Origin: Chara braunii
Taxonomy: Eukaryota > Plantae > Charophyceae
Assembly: GCA_003427395.1 (NCBI GenBank)
Contig: BFEA01000021.1
Span: 742,148 to 806,147, forward strand
Direction: 5' to 3'
DNA: 64,000 nucleotides
Of this stretch, positions 14,541 through 26,774 are shown in pieces. How positions within the stretch are numbered: the first letter of the stretch is position 1; every line of letters begins with the position of its first letter. The notes beneath the pieces are model-generated. The model saw only the letters and a program-made list of their open reading frames with translations, was not told where the DNA came from and ran no database searches. The position numbers and the translations under genes are program-made.

Positions 14541-16554
14541 CTAGGAACAGTCCACGACAGCGAACTGGTGGTTTAAGTAAAGCTTGGCTCAACCCTCTCC
14601 CACTTACACTGCAGCCCATTCGCCTCCAAACATAATGAATTGGGAGGCTGCAGGTTAAGAGTAAATGTAATATAGTACCCACTCAGTAGCAAACCTTTAA
14701 ACCCTCTTCAGTAACAGAATAAGCACAGCTGGTACCAGCTCCCTGTATGGGAATGCAATGGTACCAATACAAGCTTCTGTGAGACTGGCGCTGCGGACGG
14801 TGCTATGTCATTCGGCCCAGTTTGGAACGAAAACAGGGCAACTACTAGGCGGACATTTGGGTGTGTCTTAGGAAATGTTAATGGCAAATTTACTGCTATG
14901 AACTTTATCATGGCTGTTTCGGATGTACCCGTCCTAATGTACTGTTATATGAGCTTATACGTGGTAATCCTGGTCATAAATACGGGTCCAGGCTTGGACA
15001 GAGCGACACTGGATGGGCTCATGATCAACTGGTTCTCAAAATTAGTCAGCAAGCACAAGCTGGTCAATTTCAACCATGCTTCGCGCCTTGGTAATTTGCA
15101 TAGAAATCTTGATAATTTGCAATATGTTCAGAAATGACCTTGCCGTGGAAATTTCCAAGGTATCCTTGGGAACAAAAGGATGTGCACTCATGTCCCTAAT
15201 ACTCCCTATATCCTGTTCTCGACCATGACGTGGCCCTGTCCGTGGACAACCCATGGCTAGTCCGCAATGCAAGTACAGGCATACTCTTCCAGCAGAACTA
15301 AACCCTAACAGGGACATAAATCACTCCAGATTGAGTGGTAGTCACATTGGATTGTCAGTTTGTCTTTGAAATCCCAATTGCCAGTTCGTTTTTGAAATCC
15401 CTATTCTAAAGTTTAAGCATACACATTGCACACAGTCCCTGCACACTTTCACGGAAGCCTTCCCATGGAGCTTCTTTTCTTTTCTTCATGGGGTTGGTTT
15501 CGTTTTCTTTCCTTTCATGGAATTTGCTCAGGTTCCGTAAAAAGCAGCATGACAAAGAGTGAACAAGATGGAATGCGCTCACGAGGGGCAAGGCGTATGA
15601 AAAAGCTACTTGTATGAATGAGCAGCATCTTTTGTCTCCCTGTCTGCCCTCCTTTTACTGTAACACGGTTGCACATACGGACAGCTACTTGGATGCACAA
15701 TTGCTCCTTCGCTTCACAGCTGTCATTCGTCATATCATGACAAAGCTCAGGGCTGAACAAAACCGCTCCATACAGTGCTTCCTTTTGATTGTGCCAAAGG
15801 GGCTTCCATGTGAGAGATTGAGATGCCACACCATTTCTTGCTTCTCAGGATTTTTTTTATGATTTTTAATCCTTCAGAATAAGTTTATATTGAGAATTGA
15901 AGTGTTGATTCCTCGTTTCCACAGCATTGACAAATGCACTGGTCTTTTTTTCTTTTTTCTTTTTTCTTTTTTCTTTTTTACTTCTTTCTCCTTCACGGTT
16001 GCCTTCCCCCCAAGTTGCACTTCTCGCTCCTTGTGTACAGTGCAGAGAATTCCATTTTCCTCCCTCCATGTGCCTTTTTGGCAGGGGGCGGGACAAGGAG
16101 GAAGGAGGAGTCTGAAATGAATAGTCATCCTCCAGCAAATCATACATGAACCACTCAAGATGGTTAACAATTCTCAGCTTCTAAGGTTCACAGCCATGCT
16201 AATTACTTTCCGCAAACTTTCGACCTCTATATCTCTGAACGTAACGGCACGAGACAATACCACACAGCTTATTCGGTTCGTTTTCCGCACAGAAGAGGAA
16301 ATGGGTGGCAGTTACCCTCAACTGCACAGCATACTCACTGTATCTGAACCCATAGATACCATGACTGTACCAGTAAGAGAGGGGCAAAGATGCATGAGCA
16401 CAAAACAACTGAGCAATGGAATGGTAAAGCAGTAGACTATGAAAGAAAAACGATAGAAAATATGAAAGGAAAAGGAAAAAAGAAAGTTAAAAAAACTATT
16501 TAAAAAAAAAGCAAAAAGCCAATCATTTGACATTGTGAATGCAGAATTACTCAC

Positions 16555-16660
16555 CCAGGAATGAAGCACGATGTGATTAACGCATCAATCATATCCTCCT
16601 TGGACTCGAACTTATCCACAAGTAAGCTCCTTGGACTACGAAACACCTGTGTAACTGCAA
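16555..16660 (-). CDS. Patatin-like lipase exon 4
   Basis: CAG acceptor, 106 nt encoding (V)AVTQVFRSPRSLLVDKFESKEDMIDALITSCFIP(G), donor GTGAGT. Confidence 0.95.
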
Positions 16661-17261
16661 CTGCATGACCAATGGCCACCATCCCAAAGAAACAACGAGA
16701 GATGGCATGTTCCTTATCAGACACCATGAGGAACAAAAAGTGACAGAAAGTCAAAAGACTGCCCCACCCACGACATCATGAAGGATGACTCGATAAAAGT
16801 ATCCTACAGAACCGAAGACCTTGGCCCACTGTGCAATGAAGATGCATGTCTGTGGACAATATTAGCTGAATGATATCCAAATGTAAATGATGATCAATGT
16901 CGCATGCCCGAGAGAGCAGAAAGGCATGGCACAGAACCCAAGAACCGACCACGGGAGAAAGAGCAATAACAACGCGGCGGAAGACTGAGACACACAGATC
17001 TGACTCATCATGACTTAGGACTGACTGCATACATCCACCGCCAGTCACACATGATGATCGTGGCAGCTCACACATGGAAGATAGCCACCATACCAACAAT
17101 GCATCCACGGACGAAGGAGGTGTAGGAAGAGAAGGTGGGGAGAAGAAAAGGGAGACATCAACTCAATATCCCTGAGTATGAATAGTCTCCAACAATGGTC
17201 CCCAATGTCTCTGGCCGAGTACAATGTCCGAATCTGGGCAATTGCCCAAATGTCATTTAGT

Positions 17262-17264
<3 letters not shown>

Positions 17265-17352
<88 letters not shown>

Positions 17353-17397
17353 CAAAGTCTCTNNNNNNNNNNNNNNNNNNNNNNNNNNNNNNNNNNN

Positions 17398-17465
<68 letters not shown>
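17265..17465. repeat. (CT)n and (CA)n microsatellites flanking an assembly gap
   Basis: Seen directly; run of N at 17363-17397. Confidence 0.98.
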
Positions 17466-17466
<1 letters not shown>

Positions 17467-17714
17467 ACATAGAAGAAGAAACATCAGAGGGCGAATAAGA
17501 AGAGAAGAAGAAGAAGGAATGGAGATGGAGATAATCAGGGAAGGAGAAGAAGAAGAAGAAGAATTCCTCTTGAGGCTCGTAAGTACTGGTGATTTGAAAA
17601 AAAAAGAGAGAAAAAAAACAGATAATGTCATACATAAGAACAAAAATGAGAGATCCAGATCAAGGTTAAGGATAGAGACAGTTTGCAGAACCAATCCACT
17701 GCAGTACTGCATAC

Positions 17715-17787
17715 CTTGAATTCTACCCGATGCCTTCTCGTGAGCATCTTCCGGCAAGAATTCTACTAAGAATTTTCGAAGAACTGC
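17715..17787 (-). CDS. Patatin-like lipase exon 3
   Basis: CAG acceptor, 73 nt encoding AVLRKFLVEFLPEDAHEKASGRIQ plus 1 nt, donor GTATGC. Phase matches exon 4. Confidence 0.93.
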
Positions 17788-18239
17788 CTGCACACGAAGT
17801 CATACGCAACACAGCACCCACACAATGCAACAAACCCCTGTTATGGACTGTTCTTTTGGCATGATGTTGTTGGACCTTATATCAAACAGTTATGATATCA
17901 CAATGTTTGAGATTTTTTTTTCCCTTTTTTTGGATGCTTGAAAGCTTTTGCCAACATCTACTGTCTTCACCCGAATACAACGCCCGGTCATTATAGCTGT
18001 ATTTGGGCCAATGAACCATCAAAAAGAAGTCGTCAGCTTCGATGACGATTTTAACAAACCGTAATTCAGTAAAGTTACAGAATTATGATGATTTAAACAA
18101 ACCACAATTCAGCAAATTACAACAGGTGAGCCCCACAGTCGCTCAAAACCTATGTATGAACAGGGTCTTATTTTATTCCCTCATTTAGCTACTTTAGGAT
18201 GGGGTATAGGACCCGTTGGAGAAGTTATTAATACAGTTC

Positions 18240-18525
18240 CTAGGTTACCAGAGTGGCCCGGGACCACTTGCCCGGCCGGGCCAAAAAAATAAAAAATAAA
18301 AATAAAAGAATTGTTTTTTAATTTTATTTTCTATTTTAAAGTTTGCTAAAAAAATCGATGTGAGCCTGAGGCAAAAGTTGTTCAGTTTATTTTTCTGCAT
18401 AACGTAATTTTTTTTTCAGATTTTTTGGATTTTTTGGGTTTTTGCCTGGGGACCTTCTTTGGTCCTTGCACGGCCAGGCTTCCCGGCCAAACAAAATCAC
18501 CCGGGCAGCCCGGCTGGTAGCCTAG
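18240..18525. mobile_element. Short-class hAT-type MITE
   Basis: TIR CTAGG(C/T)TACCAG...CTGGTAGCCTAG; TSD TACAGTTC / TACATTTC (7/8 match). Confidence 0.88.
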
Positions 18526-18732
18526 TACATTTCCTTATTTTGTATCTGGGGTCTTGCAGTGAATTTCTTCGTCTGTTTTACGATTTGGAGGTGTGTATCA
18601 TGCACTCTATTGGCCCAGAAACTTCAGAAGAGTCTTTTCCGTTTTCTGGTTATGTGCGGAAGGAGTCCGAAGCACAAAAATAAGATGGAACTTCCAAAAG
18701 CAATATACACATCACGACGAAGCCCCACTCAC

Positions 18733-18876
18733 CCCCAGTCGGAAGGCCGTGCCATTTTCTCTACAGTCTTCTGCCAGACGCTTGGTAGCATATAATGCCT
18801 CCTCCATGGTCAAACCTCCCACAATGACTGCACAGACTAGCGACCCGGCACTAGAACCTGATAAGAACGTGTCCTC
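18733..18876 (-). CDS. Patatin-like lipase exon 2 (catalytic Ser)
   Basis: CAG acceptor, 144 nt encoding EDTFLSGSSAGSLVCAVIVGGLTMEEALYATKRLAEDCRENGTAFRLG, donor GTGAGT. Contains the GxSxG motif. Not in the ORF track; translated by hand. Confidence 0.95.
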
Positions 18877-19934
18877 CTGGAGTCACAAAACAAAAAGTCA
18901 TGACATCGCTCATCGTCAGTCTTCAATCACGCAGTGCTTTTCCACGATCACTCTTAATGACCCTGCAACCAACAAAGGCACTCTGCATACATCCATGCTA
19001 GAAAGAAAAGGTCGTCGAGAACAGAATGCTAACTCAAACGACGCAGCTGCGGGGGTTCAAGATAGACGCAAGATGAACAAGAGTTCAAGACTGCACACCG
19101 GAAAGGTAGCCCACAGATCTTTCTCGGGGCCACGAGCGCAGCGCCAAACACATTCCCAGCCGCACTAAGTCCAAGATACTGGTGCTTTAAGCAAAACTAG
19201 CCAGTCTGTCGGCTACCCTTCCACAAAACAGCCAGTGCAACAGCTGCCCTTGCCGTGAGCAAGTAGTACATGCCGCTCATCACCTTGACCAAGTTCACAA
19301 AGCTCAAACCATCTCAAATCAGAACGTCGGTGCTGACTTCAAGGTTTTCAAGCAATTATGGACCACCAAGAGCATGGTGTCATCAGCATTTTGTCACGGA
19401 AGCTCTCTCTCGATCATGGGGGGGTAGGGCACACCTACATTGTCGTTATTATTTTGCACACCTACATTAAGTCACAAGATCGACATAGAGAGAGAGAGAG
19501 AGCAAAGCAAAAGAGCATGCTCCTCAACCACCCACTCTGCACCCGGACACACCCTCTCTACAACCACGAACTCTGCAGCCGACGAACACAGCTTTCGGAA
19601 ACAAACCCAGATCTGTAATTTGTATGCAAGCATTGGAAAAAAAACAAAGAACCTATTTTCCCTCCTATTGGCTCTCTCCTTCCTCCCACACCAACTCCTG
19701 AACCCTGAGAGGCATTCAAATGGGAAGCTAAGCTCGAGCCCTTCATCCCACTACCTTGCCACATGAACCCAAGAGACAGAAGAAGGGGAAAAAGAAAAGT
19801 TTTTAAAAGCTGGCAGTCGACTGATATCTCGCCAGGCTCAGCAATCTAGGTACCCATTCAACGAACAACTACAGAATGTCTCTCGAGTCGTAATAACGCT
19901 TTAAAAACTTTTTCTTTTTCCCCTTCTTTCTCTT

Positions 19935-19995
19935 CTGCGGGGGCCACGCTAATCTTCTCCGTATCGTTCCAATTTCAACGGATGCCCCGGAGGAC
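19935..19995 (-). pseudogene. U6 snRNA 5' portion, 3'-truncated
   Basis: Reverse complement reads GTCCTCCGGGGCATCCGTTGAAATTGGAACGATACGGAGAAGATTAGCGTGGCCCCCGCAG, then non-U6 purine-rich sequence. No USE-like promoter element was seen. Confidence 0.88.
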
Positions 19996-20104
19996 CGTAC
20001 ACTTAAACTTATTGTTCGTGCCAGCGATCATTCTCTGTGTATCCTCTTATCTCCCAAAACATATCTGTCTGTGATTCCCTGCACGTTCCGTCCATCATAT
20101 TTTG

Positions 20105-20493
20105 GCCGCTCTCCTTGTCCCTTGCCCTTGCCACCAACTCTTTTGTTCTCGTCTCTTGCCCACCTGGTGCACAGCACGACCGCTCTCCTTGTCCCTTGCC
20201 CTTGCCCCTAACTCTTTTGTTCTTGTCTCTTGCCCACCTGGCGCACAGCACAACATCAGGGATCTAAAAGGGAGCGCAGAGGACGATGTCATGCTGGCCC
20301 TCCTCAGGACTTAGTTTTCAAACAGATGGTTGGCTGCCCCAACAATCCTGTTGTCTATCCACTGAACCACACGCCTGCAGACTTAATGTGCAGCATACCA
20401 GTGATTTCACCAACCTGCACTCCAGGTCACTGTTTCAGATAAGAAGCACTCACGCTACTCCAAAAAAAAACAAAAAAACGAAAAAAAACAAAA

Positions 20494-20525
<32 letters not shown>

Positions 20526-20727
20526 AAAAGAAAAGTGTCTGCTTGCTCAAGTTCTACCAGTGACTTCTCAAGGTGCCAGCTTTCCAAACACTCCATACTT
20601 TTAAGTTGATCTTGCTTAAAAGAAAGAAAGAAAGAAAAAGAAAAGTGCCTGCTTGCTCAAGTTCTACCAGTGAATTCTCAAGGTGCCAGCTTTCCAAACA
20701 CTCCATACTTTCAAGTTGATCTTGCTC
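20105..20727. repeat. Two local tandem duplications (about 75 bp x2 at 20105-20252; about 110 bp x2 at 20510-20727)
   Basis: Near-identical direct repeats seen directly. Confidence 0.9.
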
Positions 20728-21119
20728 AGCTTCAGGATTTCATTCATGCCACCAGAGTCTATAGACTGCCCATATTTTGCACTTCGGCATACCTACATAC
20801 TCTTCCCTAGGGTCTTGCTGCACTACACAACATTCTAAATTAATGCATCAGGGGCCGGTAATGGTCCCAATACATTTAAAACGTCGAAACGGTCCTAACC
20901 CGTCTGGCCCCGAGCCACTGCATATCTACTCCTTCCACATTGCAATCTTTCTTTTTTTCCCAGCTGTGTTATGGGATGACTCTCCTGCAACACTTGGATC
21001 CTAACTCCCCCCTCCCCCCACCACCCCACCCACCCCCCCCAGCTGATACCTCAGTTCCACAAATATCCGCAAATGCCTGCATCGGATTCCCAGGGTAGCC
21101 ATTCCAAGCATGTCAAGTA

Positions 21120-21224
21120 CCGTCTTCACCCGAATAGGACGCCCGGTCATTACAGCTGTATTTGGTGCAACGTTCAGTCTAGATACAGTGATAATGACTG
21201 CGCGTTCTATTCGGGTGACGACGG
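21120..21224. mobile_element. 105-bp hairpin MITE with TA TSD (Tc1/mariner type); further copies at 21449-21553 and 22318-22423, with partial or diverged copies near 17963, 21300, 22845 and 28600
   Basis: TA|CCGTCTTCACCCGAATAG...CTATTCGGGTGACGACGG|TA. Confidence 0.85.
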
Positions 21225-21947
21225 TAGTACCACATCGGTATTCGGATGTTGGACCTTGCAAAACTCCTGGACTAACGTAAGCGGACAGAGCTTTATCACT
21301 GCCACCTTCCCCCGAAAATAATGCATCCTGATCACGAACGTATACACGCTATATCTCCGGTCTGATACACTCATGACGATAGTTCGTCGCATTGTGCTTC
21401 GGGGGAGGACAGTGGTTTCCTCAAGTTCTTATCAGCGCCACCTCCCTACCGTCTTCCACCGAATTGAACGTGCAGTCATTGTAGCTGTATTTGGGCCAAC
21501 TTTCAGTCTAGATACGGGGACAATGACCATTCGTCCTGTTCTGGGCAAGATGGTAGTGGTCTCCTCGCATCAGAGTAGGCATTCCCACTCTACTTTTACA
21601 AGACTAGATCATCCTGCATCACCTCCCTCCACAGTGATGCCCTTGTACCAACTCCCTCTCAACCCTTAATGTTTCCCCTATCGTCTGGAATAGCCACCCC
21701 CCTTCCACCTACCCCTGCCTATTGAGGAAACTGCAACCGAAGAGCACGGTAAGTGAAACACGGCCTCGCTCCATTTCACAAAACTCCAAAAGTATCTGAA
21801 GCTGGTAATGGCCCCTATACATTCAAAATGTTTGCTCGGTCCGACTGCACCTGGATCAAGTCACAGTCAAGATACATACATCTAGAATGTTGTGTAGTGG
21901 CGCAAGGCCCGCAGCTTTGGCAACAAAACTTGGTAGAACCCAGCACA

Positions 21948-22638
21948 TGCTAGACGGAACTGTGAATTCCTTTCGGTCGAGAAAGTTTTTTGAGAAAACT
22001 ACGGCGCAGTCAGGGCTTGAGTTTGTAATTGCACTTGAGGCAAAAGGGCCGGTAATGCTGAATGTATATGACCCACTTTTAGCGTCCGGTGGGGTCGCCT
22101 GGGGGTGTGTTGTATTCGCGGGATTGCCTGAATTGCAATTACAAACTGTTTTCGTGACTGCGCCGAAGTTACCCCAAGTTTTTCTGTCGTGAGAGTATAT
22201 GGCCCTAAACAACAAGGAATGAGCACGCTGGCGACAACAGGGGTTCAGTACTTGCCGATTGCACCTTCTGTCTTGTTTGAGGTGCCGATTGCATCTTCGG
22301 TCTTGTTCGAGGTGCATCCGTCTTCACCCGAATAGAACAGCAGGTCATTAACGATGCATCTGGACTGAAAGTTGCCCCAAATACAGCTATAATGACGGGG
22401 CGTTCTATTCGGGTGAAGACGGGTAGTATTCTGAAGTATGCCTTGGGTGTTGATACTACACGTACGGGCATATATGACAGTTGTCCTTGGACGAAAATTC
22501 ATCATCATTTTGAGCGCAAGACAGAAAAAAAAGAAACGTAGGTCATATACATTCAGCATTACCGGCCCTTTTGCCTCAAGTGCAATTACAAACTCGAACC
22601 GTGACTGCGCCGTAGTTTTTCCAAAAATCATCTAGCAT
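21948..22638. mobile_element. Fold-back element with ~80-bp inverted arms
   Basis: About 21997-22072 is the near-perfect reverse complement of about 22541-22618. Outer ends are ATGCTAGA and TCTAGCAT. No TSD was seen. Confidence 0.7.
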
Positions 22639-23199
22639 CCGTTTCTCTATCACGTATGAAAATCCATTCCTAGCTAGATATAAGTGATTAGTACTGATTA
22701 CCCAAAAGCACTGCAAATCCATTTAGTCTGTCAGTCTGTCAGCTTGCAGAGCAGGTACCAGATCTGGACGTCAGCCGAAGATCAGCTTGGCAGGCCGCAG
22801 CGATGGTTTTGTGTTGCTCAGGTCCACACCCATGCAAAGAACTACCTTCCTCCCCCGAACACAACGCCCCAGCATCATGACTGTATTTAGACTGGAAGAG
22901 GGTTTGTATACGTCAATGAAGACCCGGCGTTATGTTCCAGAGAAGGAGGAGTCCTTGTCCATCGCGCACCTTAAGCGGTCTATTTTCGAACGGAACTGAT
23001 CATTACATCCAAGCCTCCCCCGGCTTCGGCTCCCGCGTGTGCCCTCAAAATCTAGCACGGACTGCATGAGTGATGACTCGCTTCTTGCGGCAGCGTTCAC
23101 TTGCAAGAAAGCCAGCGGCACATCTATGGAATGCAGGGATATGTGCGCGCTATCATTCTTCCCCTTCTTCTCTCGTCTTCGGCGTCGTCATCGTCTTCT

Positions 23200-24860
23200 T
23201 CCTCTTCGTCTTCCTCTTTTTAAGAAAAATAACCACAGTTAAGGATATCGACCTCGTTCTTGTCTCATCTCAGCTTCACATCTCAGCTCTTCCTCTTTTT
23301 CAGAAAAGTAACCACAGTTAAAGATATCCACCTCATTCTTTTTTTTTTTTTTTTTTTGGAATTCAGCATTATATTCACAAGCTTCACATCTCAGCTCTAA
23401 GTTTGACTTCTTTTCCGTTTTTGCGCGGTGGCACTCCCAGATGACAGGCATCGGTCTATCGCAATATGTATGTATGGGATAGGGCCCTCGCCCCACCACT
23501 CAGCAAACGTGAAGACGACAGAAATATGGCAAAAGTATTTGATTTTGCACAATTTAGTGAGTAGTGCGCCGAGGCCTCGCGACGGCTGACCACTCAGCAA
23601 ACGTAAACAAGGGTTTACGTTTCGCCTTGCGTGCGGTCAACCCAGAAGTTGATGAGTCAATCATGAGAGAGGGGGGACTTTAGACACGGACCTTCTGACT
23701 GTGTGTGTGTGACTGTCATCCTTCTCAAATATGCTGGTCACTTACAAAAATAACGAGCGGCAGTCTTATGGTGCAGCTATCGCGACGGCTCACCAACTAC
23801 TCACCTATAGTAGTAGACATGAGGAGACGTCAGGTTCTTCGGCCGCTCAACCAAATACTTAGCCGCTAGAAGACTGCGCCCTCAACATCCATAACAGACT
23901 TTTCCACCACTCTCAAGAAGTTGACCTGACCCCACCTGTGAAGCAGAGCCTATCACCCAATCGCAGCAGACTGTCACCTACCTAATCAAACAATCGCAGC
24001 AGACTGTCACCTACCTAATCAAACAATCGCAGCAGACTGTCACCTACCTAATCAAACAATCGCAGCAGACTGTCACCTAACTAAAAAAACAATCGCAGCA
24101 GACTGTCACCTACCTAATCAAAACATGCTGTGAGGTTCAATCTACCGCGAGCAGGCAAGAAATTCAACGAACCAAAAGAAAGGTCTGTGACCACTGCTAC
24201 TGACGCCAGATACCACCGTCCGCCGGCGGAGAGCGCAAAAAAAGGCGCCAAACACAGCCCCGACCCCGCCGCACGCTCAACCGCCGCCACAGACGTCGCG
24301 ACAACTGCACCATAAGACTGCCGCTCATTATTTTTAAGTGACCAGCACATTTGAGACGGACGACCGTGACATACACAGTCAGAAAAAAAAAAAAAAAAAA
24401 AAAAAAAAAAGATATACACACTCAGAAAGTCCGTGTCCAAATCCTCCCCCCCCCACACACACACACAATTGACTCATCAACATATCCGGCTTCACCGCAC
24501 GCAAGGCGAAAATTAAACCAGAGTATGGTCCTCGCCGCCCCACTCACCAAATGTGCAAAATGAAAATGCACCTCCCGCTATAGCGTGGAAATGCACTGCC
24601 GCCATATTTATCTCGTCTTCATCACATTTGGTGAGGGGTGCGGCGAGAGCCTATCCCCTACATACATATTGCTATAGACCGGAGTCTATCATCAAGGAGT
24701 GCTATCGCACAAAAACAGATAAAAAGTCAAACTTAGGCAGCATAAGGAGATGAGATGTGAAGATGAAGTGGAAAACGAGCTCGAGATGAGACAAGAATGA
24801 CGTGGATATCCTTAACTGTGGTTCTTTTTCTTTTTCTCCAAAATAACAAAAGAGAAAAAG
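23200..24860. repeat. Large imperfect inverted repeat (arms about 23200-23790 and 24293-24860) with a 33-bp x5 minisatellite (23959-24124) in the spacer
   Basis: Several colinear reverse-complement blocks, e.g. AACCACAGTTAAGGATATC and GAGCGGCAGTCTTATGGTGCAG. The minisatellite unit is AATCGCAGCAGACTGTCACCTACCTAATCAAAC. Confidence 0.85.
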
Positions 24861-25132
24861 AGAAGGATGAGGTGGGTACGAGACTGAGGCGAAGATGGCA
24901 TGACATGGGGATGAGATCCCAATCGATTGCGATCTCCATCCCGATCGCAACCGATTGCGATCTCCATCCCAATCGCAACCGATTGCGATCTCCATCCCAA
25001 TGGACCCAGCCTCCTTACGATGATGGATGCAGTACAGATGACCTGGCGATGCAGTACAGATGACATGGACGTGATCTATGTATAGATATATAGAGAGAGA
25101 GACAGAGGGCGAGAAAGCGAGACGGAGAACAA

Positions 25133-25180
<48 letters not shown>

Positions 25181-25313
25181 GAGATCCCAGAGAGAGGGAA
25201 CGGCGATGAGATCGTGATAAACGAGGATGGAGACGAACACATCGACGAGATAGACGTAAACGAGAGAAGATAGGGTGGAGATAATCAGACTGGACGAGAT
25301 ATATAACACGTAC

Positions 25314-26774
25314 AGTGATGTAGCCATATTCCATCAGGCACTTCGTCACCCCCAGGTGATAAGGGAAGAGAAGCCCCGCAGCGCTGAAGCTGAAGCCTGG
25401 TATCTTGGCCCCGGGTGACGCCTTCTTCCTCTGCTCCCAATCCAGCATCTCCTGCACTTTAGGGCCAATGATCAATTGCTCTTCTGTCGGTCCTCTATCT
25501 CCACTTTTTCCCTGCTGCCTCTCCCCCGTTACCCAGCCAATCAATCCCGGTCTCATATATTCCTGGATGTTGGTTCGCCTTTCCACCTCGCGCATCAGGG
25601 CTGCCATCCTCTCCTTGATCCAGAACTCCTTCCGCGCCTCTTCCTCCTCCTCCTCCCCCTCTACCTCTTTCTGCTCTCTTGCCTCCATCATTTCATCAAC
25701 CGCGGTGTCGTCTCTCCCTTCCTCCTTGCGTATCGTGTCCTCTTCGGCGGCCAAAGCATTCCAACCGCCGCGCTCGCCTCTGTCCCTCCTGCAGTTTTCA
25801 CCTGCCGCCTCCTCAAGCATCGCAGCAATCCTGTCGCCTGCCACCTGAAGACCGTTCACCAAGGCCTCTTCTTCCTCCTCCTCCTCCTCCTCCCCCTCCC
25901 CTTTCTTCTTCCCTCCATTGTCACTCGCTCCCCCTGCTTCGATGGACAACACCTCGTTGACTCGCGCAGTCTCTCCGACCAATTCCGCTATCCAAGCTCG
26001 GGGGCGCAAGAACACCCCGCGCACTTCCATGATCCCGCGCAGCAGATTGCTTCCCCACAGCATCTCCCTTCTCTCGCGCATGTTCGCTTGGAATACCCAC
26101 CAATCGCAGACGAGGCACGAGTAACGGACTAGAAGTGACGTGAGCAGGGAGGCAGACGAAGAAGGCCTACCATTCCCACTGCTGCGTCTGCAGCAATCCC
26201 GAGCTATATCTGTCTGGCGATCGTCCAAGTCAGAGGTAGTGTTGCCGCCTGGTCTCCGAGAGCGCGAAAACATTTCAAGCGGGGACGAAAGCGGTGACCA
26301 AAACCCGCCCTCGGCACTGCATCTCGCCTCTTGCCCAGGCATGGCGGCGCGCGCCGCGGCAGGGGGCACCCGCCGCCACCTTCCCCTGCCGCCCCCATAG
26401 TCCTCTAGCCGGCTGTGATCAGTTGTAAGGCGGACGAACGGTGGCCCCTGGCGGTCAACGCCACGCGGTAAAACTGACCACCACCACCTCCCTGGCCGCT
26501 GATGCACCGCCGCCCCCGCCGCGCAAACGTTCCTGGGTGATGATCGGTCATCGCCGCTGACGTGACGACTGCAAGATGACGCGATCCGAGGTCGACGCGC
26601 CGCATCACATAGCCCTGTCGAGTGGATGTCAGGGACAAAGGGAGAAGAAGAGGAAGGAGAGAAAGACGAGAATGGAGAGACCGAAGGGGAAGAGGCAGCG
26701 GAGATAGTTAGCGAGTTGGTGGTAGTCGCGCCGTCGACCGCCACCGCGCGTGGAATCGCTATGGCGATCGCCAT
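25314..26774 (-). CDS. Patatin-like phospholipase/lipase (plant ATGL-like type), coding exon 1
   Basis: The frame ends ...PGFSFSAAGLLFPYHLGVTKCLMEYGYIT, followed by donor GTACGT at 25313. This is the plant patatin oxyanion block. The start is placed at ATG 26774 because MAIAIAIPRAVAVDGATTTNSLTISAASSPSVSPFSS looks like a transit peptide. An in-frame ATG at 27122 is an alternative. Confidence 0.85.

Noticed and set aside
15515-16408. hAT-like KEQLCI and copia-like HASLPLSYW peptides
   Set aside because: Single short motifs with no supporting neighbouring motifs.
23959-24124. CRISPR-like array
   Set aside because: Head-to-tail 33-bp units with no unique spacers and no cas genes.
24702-25313. 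C-terminal part of the 825-aa ORF as coding sequence
   Set aside because: It is read-through into intron 1 (microsatellite-derived SLSLSL); homology continues in exon 2.
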